NCBI GenBank assembly: GCA_039545335.1
Contig: BCIN01000006.1
Location: 310,001-374,000 of the forward strand
Direction of reading: 5' to 3'
Length of the DNA stretch: 64,000 nt
Origin: Kondoa subrosea
Taxonomy: Eukaryota
In this document: positions 27,697-41,419 of the stretch, piece after piece
How the letters are laid out: the number at the start of each line of letters is the position of its first letter
Numbering within the stretch: position 1 is the stretch's first letter
Position numbers and translations under genes: made by a program
Notes under the pieces: model-generated
Seen by the model: only the letters and a program-made list of their open reading frames with translations
What the model was told of the DNA's origin: nothing
Databases searched by the model: none

Positions 27697-30652
27697 ATGG
27701 CTCTATGCAAATCTTACGTAACTCCCTTGTTTTGGAACCAAATTCTGATATTCATGCAAGTAGCGGATGCTGAGACCGCAATGGACGTGGACGAAGCTCC
27801 CGGCGAGCCTGTTGGGTCCAAAGTCGAAGAGCTTCAACCAAATCTAGACGCTCCAGAAATACAACACACTTCGAATGGCACTGGTTCCGAAGCTGCAAAG
27901 CCTATTCTATACTGTATCTATCTACTCAGAATTTATGCCGAGCACAGCAAGCGTCTGAATCGTCTGGACTTCTTGCAGAAACTGCTTCTCAAGTTCAACT
28001 TGGTTCGCTGCTTGCGTCTGCTGCTGTCTCGCCTGTCCTCACCTCCTTCCGTATAGCATGTGGTCTATCTTGATATCAAATCAGATCGTGATGATTGTCT
28101 CGTGCTACAAGCGGAAGGAGACAAGTCAATCGAAGACGCTGTAAATCATATCAATAAACAGGTCGATTCAGCCGAGTTTGATCGTGAAGAAGTTCTTCGC
28201 GATAAGCCATCGTTGCGAGATCCGGAATGCTTAAGACTTTGGTCGCGTGAGCTGGGCTTTCAAGTTTTGAAAGGTAATATGCTAAAGCAAATCGACAGAT
28301 GGTGTAAAGGTAGAAGATCTGCCTACGATACCTCCATCTCATCCAAGCTCAAGTCAGCCGACTACACCAGCTGCTAAACCAGAAGAAGCGGAAGACGATT
28401 CATTGCACCTCGATGAACCGCTCGGTAACGGATCTAAAGCCGATCTCAGTCCAGCTCGATCATCTTCCCGTTCTCCTGTATCTAAGTTGGACGAGAGTGA
28501 TCAGACCTGGACATATGCCTTTCCATTGCCAGAAGCAGATAAATCCCGACCTGTAGTCATAGGTATGATTTATCTAGGAATTCTGGGGACCACGGCTGAA
28601 TCTACTATAGGTACCGGTGGTCAGGTGATACGAGATCTACAGCGGAAGTCCGACTTACTGGATCCGATATATGTCGTTTCCAACGATGTATTTTGGGCTA
28701 CGGGCCCTCGAAAAGCGCTCAAGAACCTGGCGAAAGACCTAGAAGAGATTTTACACGAGGCTTAGTCAGTTTCTGTTGCTCTTCTGCATCCATTTGTTTT
28801 TTGGTCTAATATGCGGTGTCAGCCATGTGAGGAGAATTGAGACCAAAGTCAATACTGCCAAAGGGAAGCTCGTACCCGTTGTACCTCATGGAAATGGGTC
28901 TGAACATATCACACGCGCGTCCGTGCTAAATGCCCGGAAACTTTACTGATTTCGTACTCTAGGCAAATTCGATCTTGTTGGTGAAAGCGCTAGTCAAGCT
29001 ATCTATACCGACGATTTGGAGGTTTTACGCAAATATATTGTTGCTGTTCATGGCTTGGTGGAGCTGGAAGCTCGGAGTAACGAAAGCCAAAATTGGGCGC
29101 TGGAAGCGTATGGAACGGAAGGAGCAATACAGGCTGCTGAAGACGATAGTCAGTTCTTCTCTGGTCTCTGTTCTAAGCCTCACAGGCTTATGGACTAGTC
29201 AGTACTCCTACTCGTGCAAAATTCGGAAAAGGCTGTAACTCTGCCGATGCTGGATGGACCTGAATTGCCTGCAGATTTGCACGATGCCCATATAGATCTC
29301 GAAGACTCTACGCCTTCTATCTGCACTATTCCCATCACCGAATTGCTTGTCAAACGACTTATCTCTCAAGGCTATGCTCTGCTCTCCGAAATTAAGAGAA
29401 TTCCAGGTGTAAGATGTTGCGAATTCCGAGATACAAAGAGTCGGCATTACTCGCAACATCCTATCCTTATGGTCTACGCTGACAGACCGACAACTGTTAC
29501 GGTCGCCGACTATTTGAGCAAAAAAGAAAGGCTCCGTCCACCTATTCGACTCGAAGAACACATGTTCGAAGCAGATGACCGTACGGAAACGAAATTTCAG
29601 TCGACAGGGCCGACAGCTACTCGCAGACAACCGAGCCCTTCTATACTATCATCCACTCCGCACCAATCTCTCTTTGTTAAAGCGAATGCAAAATCTTTCC
29701 CCTCTGGCACCATCTGCTCTTATTACCTACCAATGCCCAATACGGCTTGGTTTCCCTTCCAGCAGAATGATTGTAGACAATGTCATGAAGTTCGCAAGTC
29801 CACGCCTGGTTTGCAGTCCATCGACAGTTATGGCACGCATTTTGGAAATCACTACAACGGGCCACCAATAGCTCATCTTCGTCTTCATGGTACTTGGTCA
29901 GCTGTGCTGCAAGCAATCGATGCGATCATGGTCTTAATTCAAAAATCTTCCAAAACGATTTCCTGGTGGCGATTCCATGAGCCTCTCCTTGAACTTGCTG
30001 TTCCTTCTGATGGCATGTCTCAAGCTCAAGGAGTACCGACCAGCGATGAAATGCTTCTCACTATGCACCAAGTTCTTTCTGAACAGATGGAGCAAGTTAT
30101 GCCTGCTGGTCAACCCCCCTTTTGGCACGAAACCAAGATTGAGGTGTATGTTTCACAGATACCTTTCCTTTCTTTCATACTTTTGTGCTGAAGACGACGG
30201 TTTTTTTATCCAGGAAATGTCCAACACCTGCAGGCAGTAAAGGACCCTTGATGGGTGTTGCAGCTGCTAGACTTAATCAACTGGGCGATTCGACTTTCTG
30301 TCGAGCTCGTGTTGACAGGGAAGACAATTCGCTTGTTTTGAACGGTTTTCGGAGCTGTGTGGCCTTCGCTTTACGACGTGTTGTAGATCAACTCAAAGAA
30401 GAAAACAACATGGATTTCTACATTCCTAATCACATTCGACAGCAAGTTGGTATGCCGCCCGACCCAAAACCTCCACCACCTGCTCAATCTTATGATCAAC
30501 GAAATTATAATGGAAAAGGAGGCTTGGGACAACAGCAACAGCAACGTGGATCATACAATCGTTCACCTGAGAACAAAAGACGTCGTTCGAGGTCTCCTGA
30601 TGATTACCAACGAAACGACAGAAATCATCAGAGACAGAGGAGGGATTGGTAG
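27697..30652 (+). CDS. Hypothetical protein with KH-like motifs and RS-rich C-terminus; start uncertain
   Basis: VIGTGGQVIRDLQ (GxxG) after splicing; second degenerate KGPLMGVAAARLNQL; RRRSRSP tail; multiple canonical introns. Confidence 0.6.
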
Positions 30653-30905
30653 CAGTGGTTTTGTGGCGGGAGAAGAGCTTTATGCGTCTATCACATTGAA
30701 AGTCTGTAGCATGTTAAGATACCCTCATATAACGGCCATAAGCAGAGGATTAGAAAAATCTAGCTGATCTACAGCATTTAATTATATCTGCTATCAAGAG
30801 CTTCCTTGCATTTGCGCTATATGATAAGAGACTTTTAAAACGAATTGTCCATATGTATAACGAGATGATTCTTCCTTTACTACACCTGCTATTCTCTCTA
30901 CCTCT

Positions 30906-31956
30906 TTAAACGAGTAAAAGTAAACTACCGCTAATGACCATCAAAGCGCAAGCGCAAACAAGACTCTTGGTTTTCTGAGCTGAACTAGATTGAACGGCAG
31001 CCAAAGTAGGTGTACCAACATTAGCGGATGAAGCTGAACCCATGTAAGTCAGTCGAGTGAGAGAGAGACTGGATGGTGAAGACATTGACGGGGAAGAAGA
31101 AGTGACAGTGACGATATCGACAGGAGAAGAAGTTGATGAAGTGGTTGCTTGAAGATCAGTGTTCGTTTGAGGACTTGGAGCAGGTCTGCTCGAAGTAATC
31201 AGTTTTTGATTCAGAATATATGGGAAAGAAGAAGTTACGCGTTTGAATCAGTCGCATCACCACCAGCGGGTGCCTGACCTGCAGGTGAAGTGCTAGATGG
31301 AGCTGCATCAGTTGATGTTGAAGAAGGACCTTGATCTACTGGAGGTGAAGAAGTTGTAAGAGATGGCGATGGGCTAGGGTCAGCAGCTGGAGATTGAGCT
31401 TGACCTTCTTGATAAACCGGAAGAGGTTGTTGAGGTCCAGCAGCGATAGACCATTGGCCATTCCCGGCACCAACTACTTCTGTTGAACGGAACGAAATGC
31501 ATTAGCGTATTTCGACTAATACTGATTTCAAGATGCCCCACGATTGGTGAAATCATAAGCTTGACCATGCCCAAAATCACCATTTGGATCTTTTTGCACG
31601 CCAGCGCAAAGAGTATAAACGGTTGGACCTTGTTGCTGGAGGTTGCATTCGAAAGGTGAATGATGGTAGTTTCTTGATCCAACATAGTCAATGCACTGAT
31701 TTTCTCATATCAGCTATCGATTCCCTTATGTTTACAAGCAGGTGTAACTTACTGCCAATCTCCAAGTTTTGCAGAACGCGGTCGTGTCTGCGAATTGAGA
31801 GGAATACTAACACAAGCTCGCGCATTCAGACACTTCGCGCTGCAGGTAGATAGTGCAGCATACTGTGATCTGCCAATCTCTAGGCTCGACTTGACCCCAG
31901 TCTGTTTGAGCTCGGACAACAGCGAACGCAGAAATGGCGAGTGTAAGGAAGAGCAT
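30906..31956 (-). CDS. Secreted, probably GPI-anchored Ser/Thr/Pro-rich protein with N-terminal 4-Cys domain
   Basis: Signal peptide MLFLTLAISAFAVVRA; S/T/P stalk; QSSSA followed by the hydrophobic tail LVCACALMVISGSLLLLV*. Confidence 0.8.
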
Positions 31957-32296
31957 CTTTTGCTTTGTAATGAAATAAAAGAGTGTGGGTGGTGGTAGAT
32001 GTCCAAAAATGAGTGTGATTGAGACTTGCAATGAGAATCCTAAACAGGAGATGGTGGGTAGAAGTTTTGGAAAAACAAGAAGAACATTATTTTTGGAAAC
32101 GCGTCTGCCGTCTGCCGCTTTCCGGGATCTGTTGTACACAAAGACGCGATGTATGCGAAGTATGTGTATACAAGAGATCTGATGGAAGTGTTGCTCCAGA
32201 GGGGATCATCAGATCAGATATATATGCCATTCTCAAGATTCCGCGGTCAAAGAAGCATCGCTCAGAGTCAGAACTTCACTGCAACGACTCAAAAGC

Positions 32297-33690
32297 ATGC
32301 AACCTTTTGTCTACAACGCATTGCCTGCAAGAGTCATCTTTGGCTCTGGAACGCTCAAACAACTTTCGGCGGAAATCTCGAAATTGGGATGTAAAGCAGC
32401 TTTGGTTCTGTGCGTCTCCTCAAGCAAAGGCGATTATATGGCGATGCTGATCGTTTGCATAGCACGACACTACAACAAGCAGACACTGGTCGGCATGTTA
32501 AGAAGCAGTTGGGTGAAACTGCCTGCGGGTTATACACTAATGCTACTCTGCATACTCGTGAGTTTGATTGCGTCTAACTAAAGGCCATGCTAATGATGTA
32601 CATGCTCGTCTTCAGCTTTTGACGTAACGGAAGATGCGCTCAAAGTGGTCAAGCAAACCAAGGCAGATGTACTTGTAGCGATAGGCGGAGGTACAACAAG
32701 TAACTTCCCCCCTCTCGATTATCCTCAAGTTGAGTACACGCTGATGATAGTCATCTACAGTCGGATTAGGCAAAGCTATCGCTCTTCAGACAGATCTACC
32801 TCAAATCGTCATTCCCACGACTTATGCTGGATCTGAAGCTACTCCCATCTTCATTGGTCAGACAAGTAAAGAGGGAGCAAAGATCTTGCAAAAGACAAAT
32901 AAAGTCTTACCGGAAGTCATAATCTACGATATAGACCTTACAATGACTATGCCAGCGAAGATGACCATTACTAGTGGATGTAATGCGATTGCTCATAGTG
33001 TTGAAGCTCTTTACTCTACTGAAGCAAATCCTATCATCAACTCATTGGCGGAAGAAGGTATTCGGGCTATTGCAAAATCGCTGCCTCTTATATACAAGGA
33101 TTCAAGCGACAAAGAGGCTAGATCTGATGCTGTCCGTATTTCTGATCTTCGAATCATGACTATACTGATAATATATACAATACACAGCTCTACGGCGCTT
33201 GGGCTTGCGGAACTTGTCTAGGAGCAGTTGACATGTCACTACATCACAAGCTATGTTTAATGCTAGGTGAGGCTCATTCCTATTGCTTTGTCAAATCTCT
33301 CCTTAAATTTGTGTACAGGCAGTTCCTTCGGAATGCCTCACGCGGAAACGCATACCGTCATCCTACCTCACGCCGTCACTTACAACGCACCTTATGCAAA
33401 AGAAGCTATCTCTCGAGTTGCCAGAGCAATGAATGTAGACAACGCTGCGCAAGGCTTGTTTGATCTAGCCAAGAACCTAGGAGCGCCTACGAGTTTGAAG
33501 GAATTGGGTTTCAAGGAAGAAGACTTAGAGAAAGCTGCTGAGATCGTTTCGAACGCACCTTACTCTAATCCTGCACCACTGAAGAAAGAAGAATTGCTCA
33601 AAATGTTAACTAAGTAAGTTGTAAAAGTTTGCCTGCAGACACTTGCTGAAACATTCCTCTAGTGCTTATCATGGAACAAGACCGGAGTGA
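32297..33690 (+). CDS. Maleylacetate reductase-like (iron-containing alcohol dehydrogenase family), multi-exon
   Basis: FVYNALPARVIFGSG, GGGTTIGLGKA, IPTTYAGSE, NAIAHSVEALY, LHHKLC and PHAETH. Confidence 0.92.
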
Positions 33691-34701
33691 TCTAATTGGA
33701 TTTCAAGTTCAGGATGTATGGAGTGACGGGCAGAAAATGTACATTCATTTGCCCGTCGGCTAAGAACAAATAACAGTTCCACGAGCTCATATACTGCTTT
33801 GCAATATCTGCAAAATTTCGGGGGGTGCTGTCCATCAATGTCTCGTCGTGTTTCTGCTTCCCAACTCTTCGTTTGCTGTCTTCGGATGACCGCCTTCTAG
33901 GCTTTTCACGATTCTCTTGACTTGGCGTGAAATACGCTCCGAGAGCCAGTTACTTCAACTCGATAGCATTACATAGCCCTGCATACACAATGATGCTACT
34001 ATACAAGAGACAAACAAAGAGGACATAGATCAAGATTCTCACAAAAGCTTGATAAAACCCCCGAACAATGTGGAAAGCACTGTTGCGGCCAGGCAGGGAT
34101 GTGTGAAAGGAAGGATGTGTTTGGAGACAAAGATCTTCATAGTGAGACGAGATGAGAGAGGAGTGGACAAAGAGAAGGAATCGAAAGGGTATTCGTACAA
34201 AGAGGATTTAACAGTCTGATTCTCGAATGGTTCCGCAAGTTCTTCGTTCGCTAGTCTCAAAGACAACATAACATTCAGACTAGGTCAGCCAGAAGCATTG
34301 CTCTGCAGAAGCGACAGCGAGAATCTATTTGAAGCATTAGGAATGGAAAAAATTGTACGAGACAAAAAATTCTTGAGGTAACCTGCCAGGCCTGAGCACA
34401 GTAGGGCGTATAAGAGCGACGCATATTACGGCTACTTCACTAGCGGTGATATGACAGACAACAATCTCAGACGAGTAATCCAAGATTGCAGACTGGGTTG
34501 TGGAGAGCGCGAATGAAGCTCGGAGAGAGGCTACGAGACGGATTCTATAGTTGTGGACCGTGTGCAAGCAGGAGTGGACCTGCATATCGCGAATAAGTAT
34601 TGTGAACGAAAAGAGCAAGGGCGACTTACGATCAACAAGCCAATGTCTATTCCACTGAAAGACTATCATGAACAACGACATGATTTGTGCATTTCACGTT
34701 A

Positions 34702-37660
34702 TCAGACCAGCTGATTGTCTAGTGAGCGAGAATTCTTCAGCGCGATCATCTTCTGAATCGCTTCTGATAAGACCATCGTCTCATCCCTGCCTTTCTTGCC
34801 AACATTGTCTCTGTTCCTCAGGTTGACTGATCGCTGCTCTTCTTCTGTGCTTCCGACGACCATGATGAAGTTGAACTGCAATTCATTGTCAGCACTAATT
34901 CAAGATGTGCTCGAAGTGTAACTTACTTGCGCCAGTTCAGCGTTACGGATACGCTTGTTCAATGTGTTGTCTGATAGGTCGGCTTCTGCATATAGACCCT
35001 GATCCCAGAGCAGAGCCGCGACTTCCGTTGCATAAGCTTTGTGCGATGCGGCTACAGGCAGAACGACCACTTGACGAGGTGATAGCCAGAAGGGCCTGTT
35101 CAAATGTTTAGATGGCTAGCATAGACGACTTGTAAAGGCTTACCACTTTCCGGCGAATTGCTCGCAAAGCATTGAAACGAAACGCTGATGCAATAGATGC
35201 CTCAACGACAGTACGAGAGCGGCATACGAGGAGATTACTGACTTCCACTGAACCTAGAATGGCTCGATGAATCATAACAGGCCGTTTTGTCGCAGTAGCC
35301 GAATCGTTTGCAGCTCCTTCTTGCGTCCGGTAATTCAGCTCGAAACGTTCTGGTAGATTGAAATCAAGTTGAATGGTCGCGCATTGCTTTTCTCGCCTTG
35401 TTGCATCCATGAGAGCGATACTAAACGAACGGAAAGTCAGTGTTGGACTGAGTTTCAAGGTCAGGTGTCAGCGCACTCGATCTTTGGTCCATAGAAAGCA
35501 CCATCGCCTTCGTTCACGCGCCATCCACCAGGGGCGAACTTCTCTAGCGCTCTTCTCAAAACCTGTGCCAGCCTTCAGCAACCGTCTATCTAACAGCAGA
35601 TTGCCTTACTTCTTCCGACCGATCCCATAAAGCGTCGTCACCCATCTTATTCTCCGGTCTAGTAGATAACCCCAACTTGAAGTCGAAGCCAAAGATAGCA
35701 TAAATCTTAGCCAAGAAATCAAAGGCGGCCGTGACCTCTTCTTCTACTTGATCGATGGTGCAGAAGATATGGGCATCATCTTGCTGGAAACGACGGACTC
35801 GAGATAGACCGGATAGAGCACCGGAAGCTTCGTTTCGATGTAAAACACCGAAATCCGCTAGTCGTAAAGGCAATTCCCTGTAAGATCGATCTCGAGAGTC
35901 GAAGATGAGACAGTGACCAGGACAGTTCATAGGTTTGAGAGCGAACTGGATAATCAGAGTCAGACGGATGAATGAGCAATTCATGACTAGGCAGCTTACT
36001 TCTTCCTTGTCAACATTAAGCACAAACATGTCTTCTTTATAATGTTGCCAATGTTGACTTGTCTTCCATAATTTGGAATTATACATGTTGGGAGAGATGA
36101 CTTCACTGAATCCTCTTTTGCGGTATTCAGATTTTATTAAATCAACAAGCGCATTGTAGATTCTCGTTCCATGAGGTAACCAGAAACAAGAACCGGGTGA
36201 AAGCTCATGGAAGAAGAAGAGTTCTTGTTCTTTGCCAATCTTACGATGATCCCTTGCTGCCGCTTCTTCGAGGAATTTCTTGTATTCCGTCATCTGCTTA
36301 GTATCGGGGAAAGAGATACCATAAACTCGCTGCAGTGTTTCGTTGTTAGCGTCACCCAGGAAATAGGACGCGGAGTTCTGTGCAATTGAGTCGCTGTATA
36401 AGCCTCGAAGGTGCATACAAGCATCATCTAATCGCACCTTTGTAATAGCCAAAGACTTTATTCGACCGGTATGAGGAATGTGAGGACCGACACAGAGATC
36501 GATCATAGGTCCACAGCGATAGACAGTGGTAGAAGTGCCATCCGGAATTTTCGTGTTGATCATGTGAAGCTTGAAAGGGTTATACTGTCGGTGCCAAGAA
36601 GAGATTTCAGCAGATATCTGCATCATCAGTTCTCATGACCGACCTCAAACATCTTTAACAGATCTTCTTTCTTCATTACACATCTCTGGAAAGGCTGTTT
36701 CTCTTTCTGAATGGTTTTCGTCAAGGTTTCCAGTGCCGGCCAATCTCCAGTGATGACAGGTCTGGTGATGAAGATACAATCAGTTTTAACTCAATGCATG
36801 TGCATTATACGAGACAGCGTACTTCTTTTCTGGTAGCGACATTTCATAGAAGAAACCTTCATCCGTAGGTGGTCCTAAGCAAAGATGCGATCCATAATGC
36901 CTTTCTGCAGCTTCACCAAGAACATGTGCTGAAGAGTGCCAGAAGACCTTCTTGCCTATCCGTTGCGGTATTGAGAACAGCATTGAGCTGAGGTAAGCGA
37001 CACTAACCTTCTGGGTGATCGAAGTCTAACAGCTCTAATGTACAGCTGCCTTCTAGCGGTCTTTCGAGATCCCATAATTGACCGTCGACCTATTCAGCGG
37101 ATATGAGCTACTTAACAAGATATGGCTTGCTGTCACAATGCACCTTTGCAATGACAATTTTATCAGGCAGAGATTTGCCTGTCAGAGCAGTGGTCTTGAG
37201 CTTCGTTCGTAGCACAAGACATAGACCACTGACTGATGCCCTTTGCAATGTCAAATGGACTAGTCTCCCAGCTGGTAGCATCCAATTTCTTTCCATCAGG
37301 CAAAGTAACCTCGATAGCTTTCCTTTCCTGGGCAGCAACATGATCCTGGTACTCCTTGTACAGCCTTTCGAACATTTCAATACGAGAAGCAATGAAATCT
37401 GGTTTAGGCTCCAATTCTAAGGCTGCCATTTGACCAGTTAATGCATCGCTAGCTTGAGCTTTTGGTTTCTTTTCCTTCTTCTCTTGCTTAGGCTTAGCAC
37501 TTGCAGCAGCAGCGGGCTGTGGTGCAGATTGCGTTGAAGCAGCAGGTTGCGGTAAAGTAGACATTGTACGAGAAGCGAGTGACAGGAAACAGCACGGTAT
37601 ACTTGGTTGGTTAGGTATCAGTGATCTTCTTGGAATAGACCTGCACCAATTCTTGAGCAT
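34702..37660 (-). CDS. THS1: Threonyl-tRNA synthetase; downstream ATG 37564, upstream in-frame ATG 37660
   Basis: TGS domain, [51 protein letters not shown] and anticodon domain. Confidence 0.98.
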
Positions 37661-37840
37661 GCAATTGGGTTCGAAATCACTTTCAACCTTCGCGAGCAAA
37701 GCAAAGAGTCGGCATGACTCGACCGGTTGCCGAGAAGAGTAAGATACGTAGCTAGTCTTTCTAATGCCTTCTTCTATTCTAATATGCTGCATATGAAATA
37801 CAACTGTACACTATCTTTCACATATCTATTGAGTCATTTT

Positions 37841-39635
37841 TCACCACTTGACTGCCAAACCATTCAATTCTTCACTTTCCACAGCTCGATATTGCGTTCT
37901 GCACCATCCTTCCTTCTCTTGCATATCCAGTCTGATTTTGGCTATCAGCTCTTCCACATCTTTTCTCTTCGTACATGTGATTAAGAAAGGTTTCAAACTT
38001 GGATGAACTTCTGTTTCGCTTTCTTGCATTTCTCCAATGGACCAATACTTCTCTTCCACCAATCCAACCCAATCTTTGCCTATCAAGTTATTCTCTCCAA
38101 CAATAGGTAAACCTTCATCATCCAAAACCACACGAGAGGAAGGAGGTAATTGACCACCGCCGTTCACGCAACCAGAAGGACAAGCCATAACTTCAATATA
38201 GTCATATCCTTTGTTACTGGTATTATCTTCTTCAGTTGTTTTCTTCTTTCTTGATGAAATTGGTAATCGTTTAATAGGTAATGCTCCTTTTGAAACCATT
38301 AGGTTCTTTTCCCTTCCCAACTTTCGCACGAGGTTGGACAAGTTTCGGAAACCATAACAAGTTGCTCCTTTGAATATCGGCGTTGAAGAAGAATAGAGTA
38401 TATAATCAATATAATCTCCACCTCGAATAGCTTTTGTTTCCAATCTAACATTCTCCAATGACGGTAATGTTGCGATGAGCGAGGCAATAGTTTGGTGTAA
38501 ATATGAACCAGAAGAAGTACCAGGTGCAGCCAACATGGAAGGGAAAACTTCATCTTGCTTGTGTGGTGAATATTGATTTGCTAAACTTCTTAAATCGGTT
38601 GATTTCTCTTGAATCATCTTCAATACTTCTCCAGTAGTCAAAACGCAATCCACTTCTCTTTCTTCTTCGTCCAACATGAAATCCGTTCGAGAAGCTTCCA
38701 GTTTCTTATCGTAGCATGGCATGACCGTGACATGATAGACTTGGTTTCCTTCTGGTAAATGCCGATCCGACCACCAAGATTTGATTAGAGATCCCATAAT
38801 AGCTTGAGGTGATTTGACGGAAGAGATGAAAGGTAAAAGAGGTGCTTGACTCTTTTCGGCATAGCAAATCCAACCTGGACAAGCTGAAGCTAGAATAGGT
38901 AATGTCTCAGAAGAGCGTTCGAGCCTTTCATGCTGGGTTTCTTGTAGAGAAATAGAACGGGCGAAAGTAGTGTCGAAAACGGAACTACGACAGGATCAGA
39001 GATTTGTAATAATGTGTACAGTATGCACTCACTGAGAGCCCAGTTCTTGTCTAAAGAATTGTCGCAGCCCATTCAAGCAAGCTGAAGGTGAAATATCATG
39101 AGCTGCAGCCAGAGATGCGATAGATTGAGGAGAGATGGAAATGACTGGTACCAGATTCTGCACATAGCATCAGAATATATCTCCTGCTGTCATCGTATAG
39201 ACTAACCGGCTGTTCTGCTAATGTTCTATACACCTCTTCGTGACTTTGCATCGAAACTAGAACGCTTTCCGCAGAAGTGATGCATCCAGAACAAGCCAAA
39301 CAGTCATTTAGAGTGATTTCCGCTTTAGCTAACTTCTTCGGTGCTGTAAGCTCATCATCTTGCTCGAAATAAGCTCCAGTCTTGTCAATCTGAATCTCCC
39401 TCTGTTCACACAATCGATGAGTATTACATCTAGCTACCTCAAATCGTACTAACTGCAGCGAAACCTTTCTTCTCTTCTGCAGTAGGTTCTACAGGTGCAT
39501 TGGCTACTTCGACAGGTTTGATGCAAACTTGGCTTGGTCCAAGGAAATCGTTCAGATCAGTCAAAGACTGCAGCTAGCATCAGTATAGAAGTAAATAGAG
39601 TCATTGAGACTGACTAGAGTAGCACTGAAGGCCAT
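37841..39635 (-). CDS. NAR1: Cytosolic Fe-S assembly factor, iron-only hydrogenase-like
   Basis: [74 protein letters not shown] and C-terminal W. Confidence 0.97.
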
Positions 39636-40581
39636 GCACTGCTTGAGAAATCAAGACTCTGCGCTGAAGTGCTTCCTTTGTGATCGAGAATCGCGGACAG
39701 CTGCGGTATCAAAGCAGTTGGATATCGGCTCAGCTCAGGTATAGACTGTTTCTAAGTCGAAGTGGTGGATTCAAGATTACCCAGGCGAAATAGCTCTGCC
39801 ACCATGACTGATTTCATCGGAAGTAACGCTTGTCCTGTACCACGACCTAACGAACTGATCTATCTGAATGCTCTGCTCCTATCCAAATCTAACACGAATG
39901 CTCATGTGCTTGGCTTTGTCCCGATGTCTGCGCGGTGCTCTCACCTAACTAAGATCTGTTCTACTTCCTCCATACAGCGGTTCCTTCAGGTGTATCTTTG
40001 ATATCAACGCATTGGGTGCTCGATCATCGCAAGCGTTAGCTTTAGTAGAATGTATTGAGACTACGTGGAATGCCTTGTGAAGCAGTGATGGCGAATTGGG
40101 CTTTTACAGTACATTCATCTACACTGGGCCGTCTGATCTCACACTCGTCAAGTTGGTCGTTCTACCTGTAGCCGCATCGCATACAGCTCACGCAACGGAA
40201 GTCGCTGTGCTGCTTTGACTATACGGTATTCAACGAGGTAAGTCGATCTTGCGGCTATCCTCGACCACAGACTGACTAGTGCATCTCTCAGTGTCACTAT
40301 GCGTCAACAAGGCACTCTGTCATCCGATAGAGGCCTCTCTCAGCCTTCTGACCACTTCAGCTCGACCAGTCTGTTTCTCAACTCGGTGGCCTTGTCCTGA
40401 TGTGTCTGTTTTTGATCGATTTGCCTCAAGCGCTTGACGCCTACACGTAAACAGACAGCAATAAAGCTTCAAGCAGATCATGATGTGGTTCGCAAGATGT
40501 CGCACGAGCGGATATGGCGATACTCTGAGTCTTCAACGGATTAAGGAAAACATACAGTCCAAACCGACTGTTACCTCATCA

Positions 40582-41075
40582 AGCCACCGCAAATTGAACG
40601 ACCTTTCGAATTTGCTTACCTCTCTTCTTCTTTTCACCTACCGATCCATGTGTCTTTCGCAATGGTTCAACTCCGGCTCAGCTTCAGCTCGCTCGCTCGC
40701 TCGCTCTTTCGTGTACCCGACTCAGGAATGCCCAAGCTCGACTGCAGTAGGATGACGGAGCATTCGTGCTGCGATTACTATCCATCTGCAGTCGAGACCA
40801 ATCCACGTGTCAGACTTCACCTATGCGGAAGTTCTGGTTGCGGTCTTGGGATGGCCAGACGGCTACACCGCTCGGCNTTTCCATGGACTTTGAGCGAGAA
40901 GATAGCGCTCGAAAGTTCCCGATTAGCCTCCTCGACAAAGTTCTCAAGCGAAGAGGTGTTCAAGGAAATCTTAAGCTGGCGAAGGGAACCTCAAAAGGCC
41001 AGTCTTCTTCCTTGATTGTACTGTAGCTTGTGTCTTCTGTGTAGAGATGTCAAATGCTATCGAGTTGTCCATTCT
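40582..41075 (+). repeat. ~494-bp direct repeat, copy 1
   Basis: Nearly identical to 42576-43069 (offset 1994). Confidence 0.95.
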
Positions 41076-41188
41076 ACAAGTCAAAAGCCCAAACCTCTCG
41101 CTTACGTCTCCGAAACGGCTTGCTTGTCTCAAAGCGACGACACCTGAAGCTGCCTGGTACCTGACAAATCTGGTCTATAGAATCTTCA

Positions 41189-41190
<2 letters not shown>

Positions 41191-41220
<30 letters not shown>
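41191..41220 (+). repeat. (CTG)10 microsatellite
   Basis: Read directly. Confidence 0.95.
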
Positions 41221-41223
<3 letters not shown>

Positions 41224-41419
41224 GCAATGCAGCTGGGACAGACTCCGCTTCAAAGCGAGATGGATCATTGCGCTCTTCAAGGGATCTTTCGACCTTGCCC
41301 TGCTCTTCAATCTCTCATATCTGATCTCGCTATCTGTCAGAGCTGTCTGTCGTTGCTTAGCGAGACTTTGGCATGATCCTAGTAGCTGGTTTGGTGCTTT
41401 TGCTGTCTCAATCGAGCTG

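Noticed and set aside
25038..33690. Aromatic-catabolism cluster (Zn2Cys6 factor plus maleylacetate reductase)
   Set aside because: The two are separated by two unrelated genes, and there is no dioxygenase, monooxygenase or transporter.
37661..37792. Furthest upstream in-frame ATG (37792) as the ThrRS start
   Set aside because: It is only ~50 nt past the NAR1 stop, within its likely 3' UTR, and the peptide is acidic, unlike a presequence.
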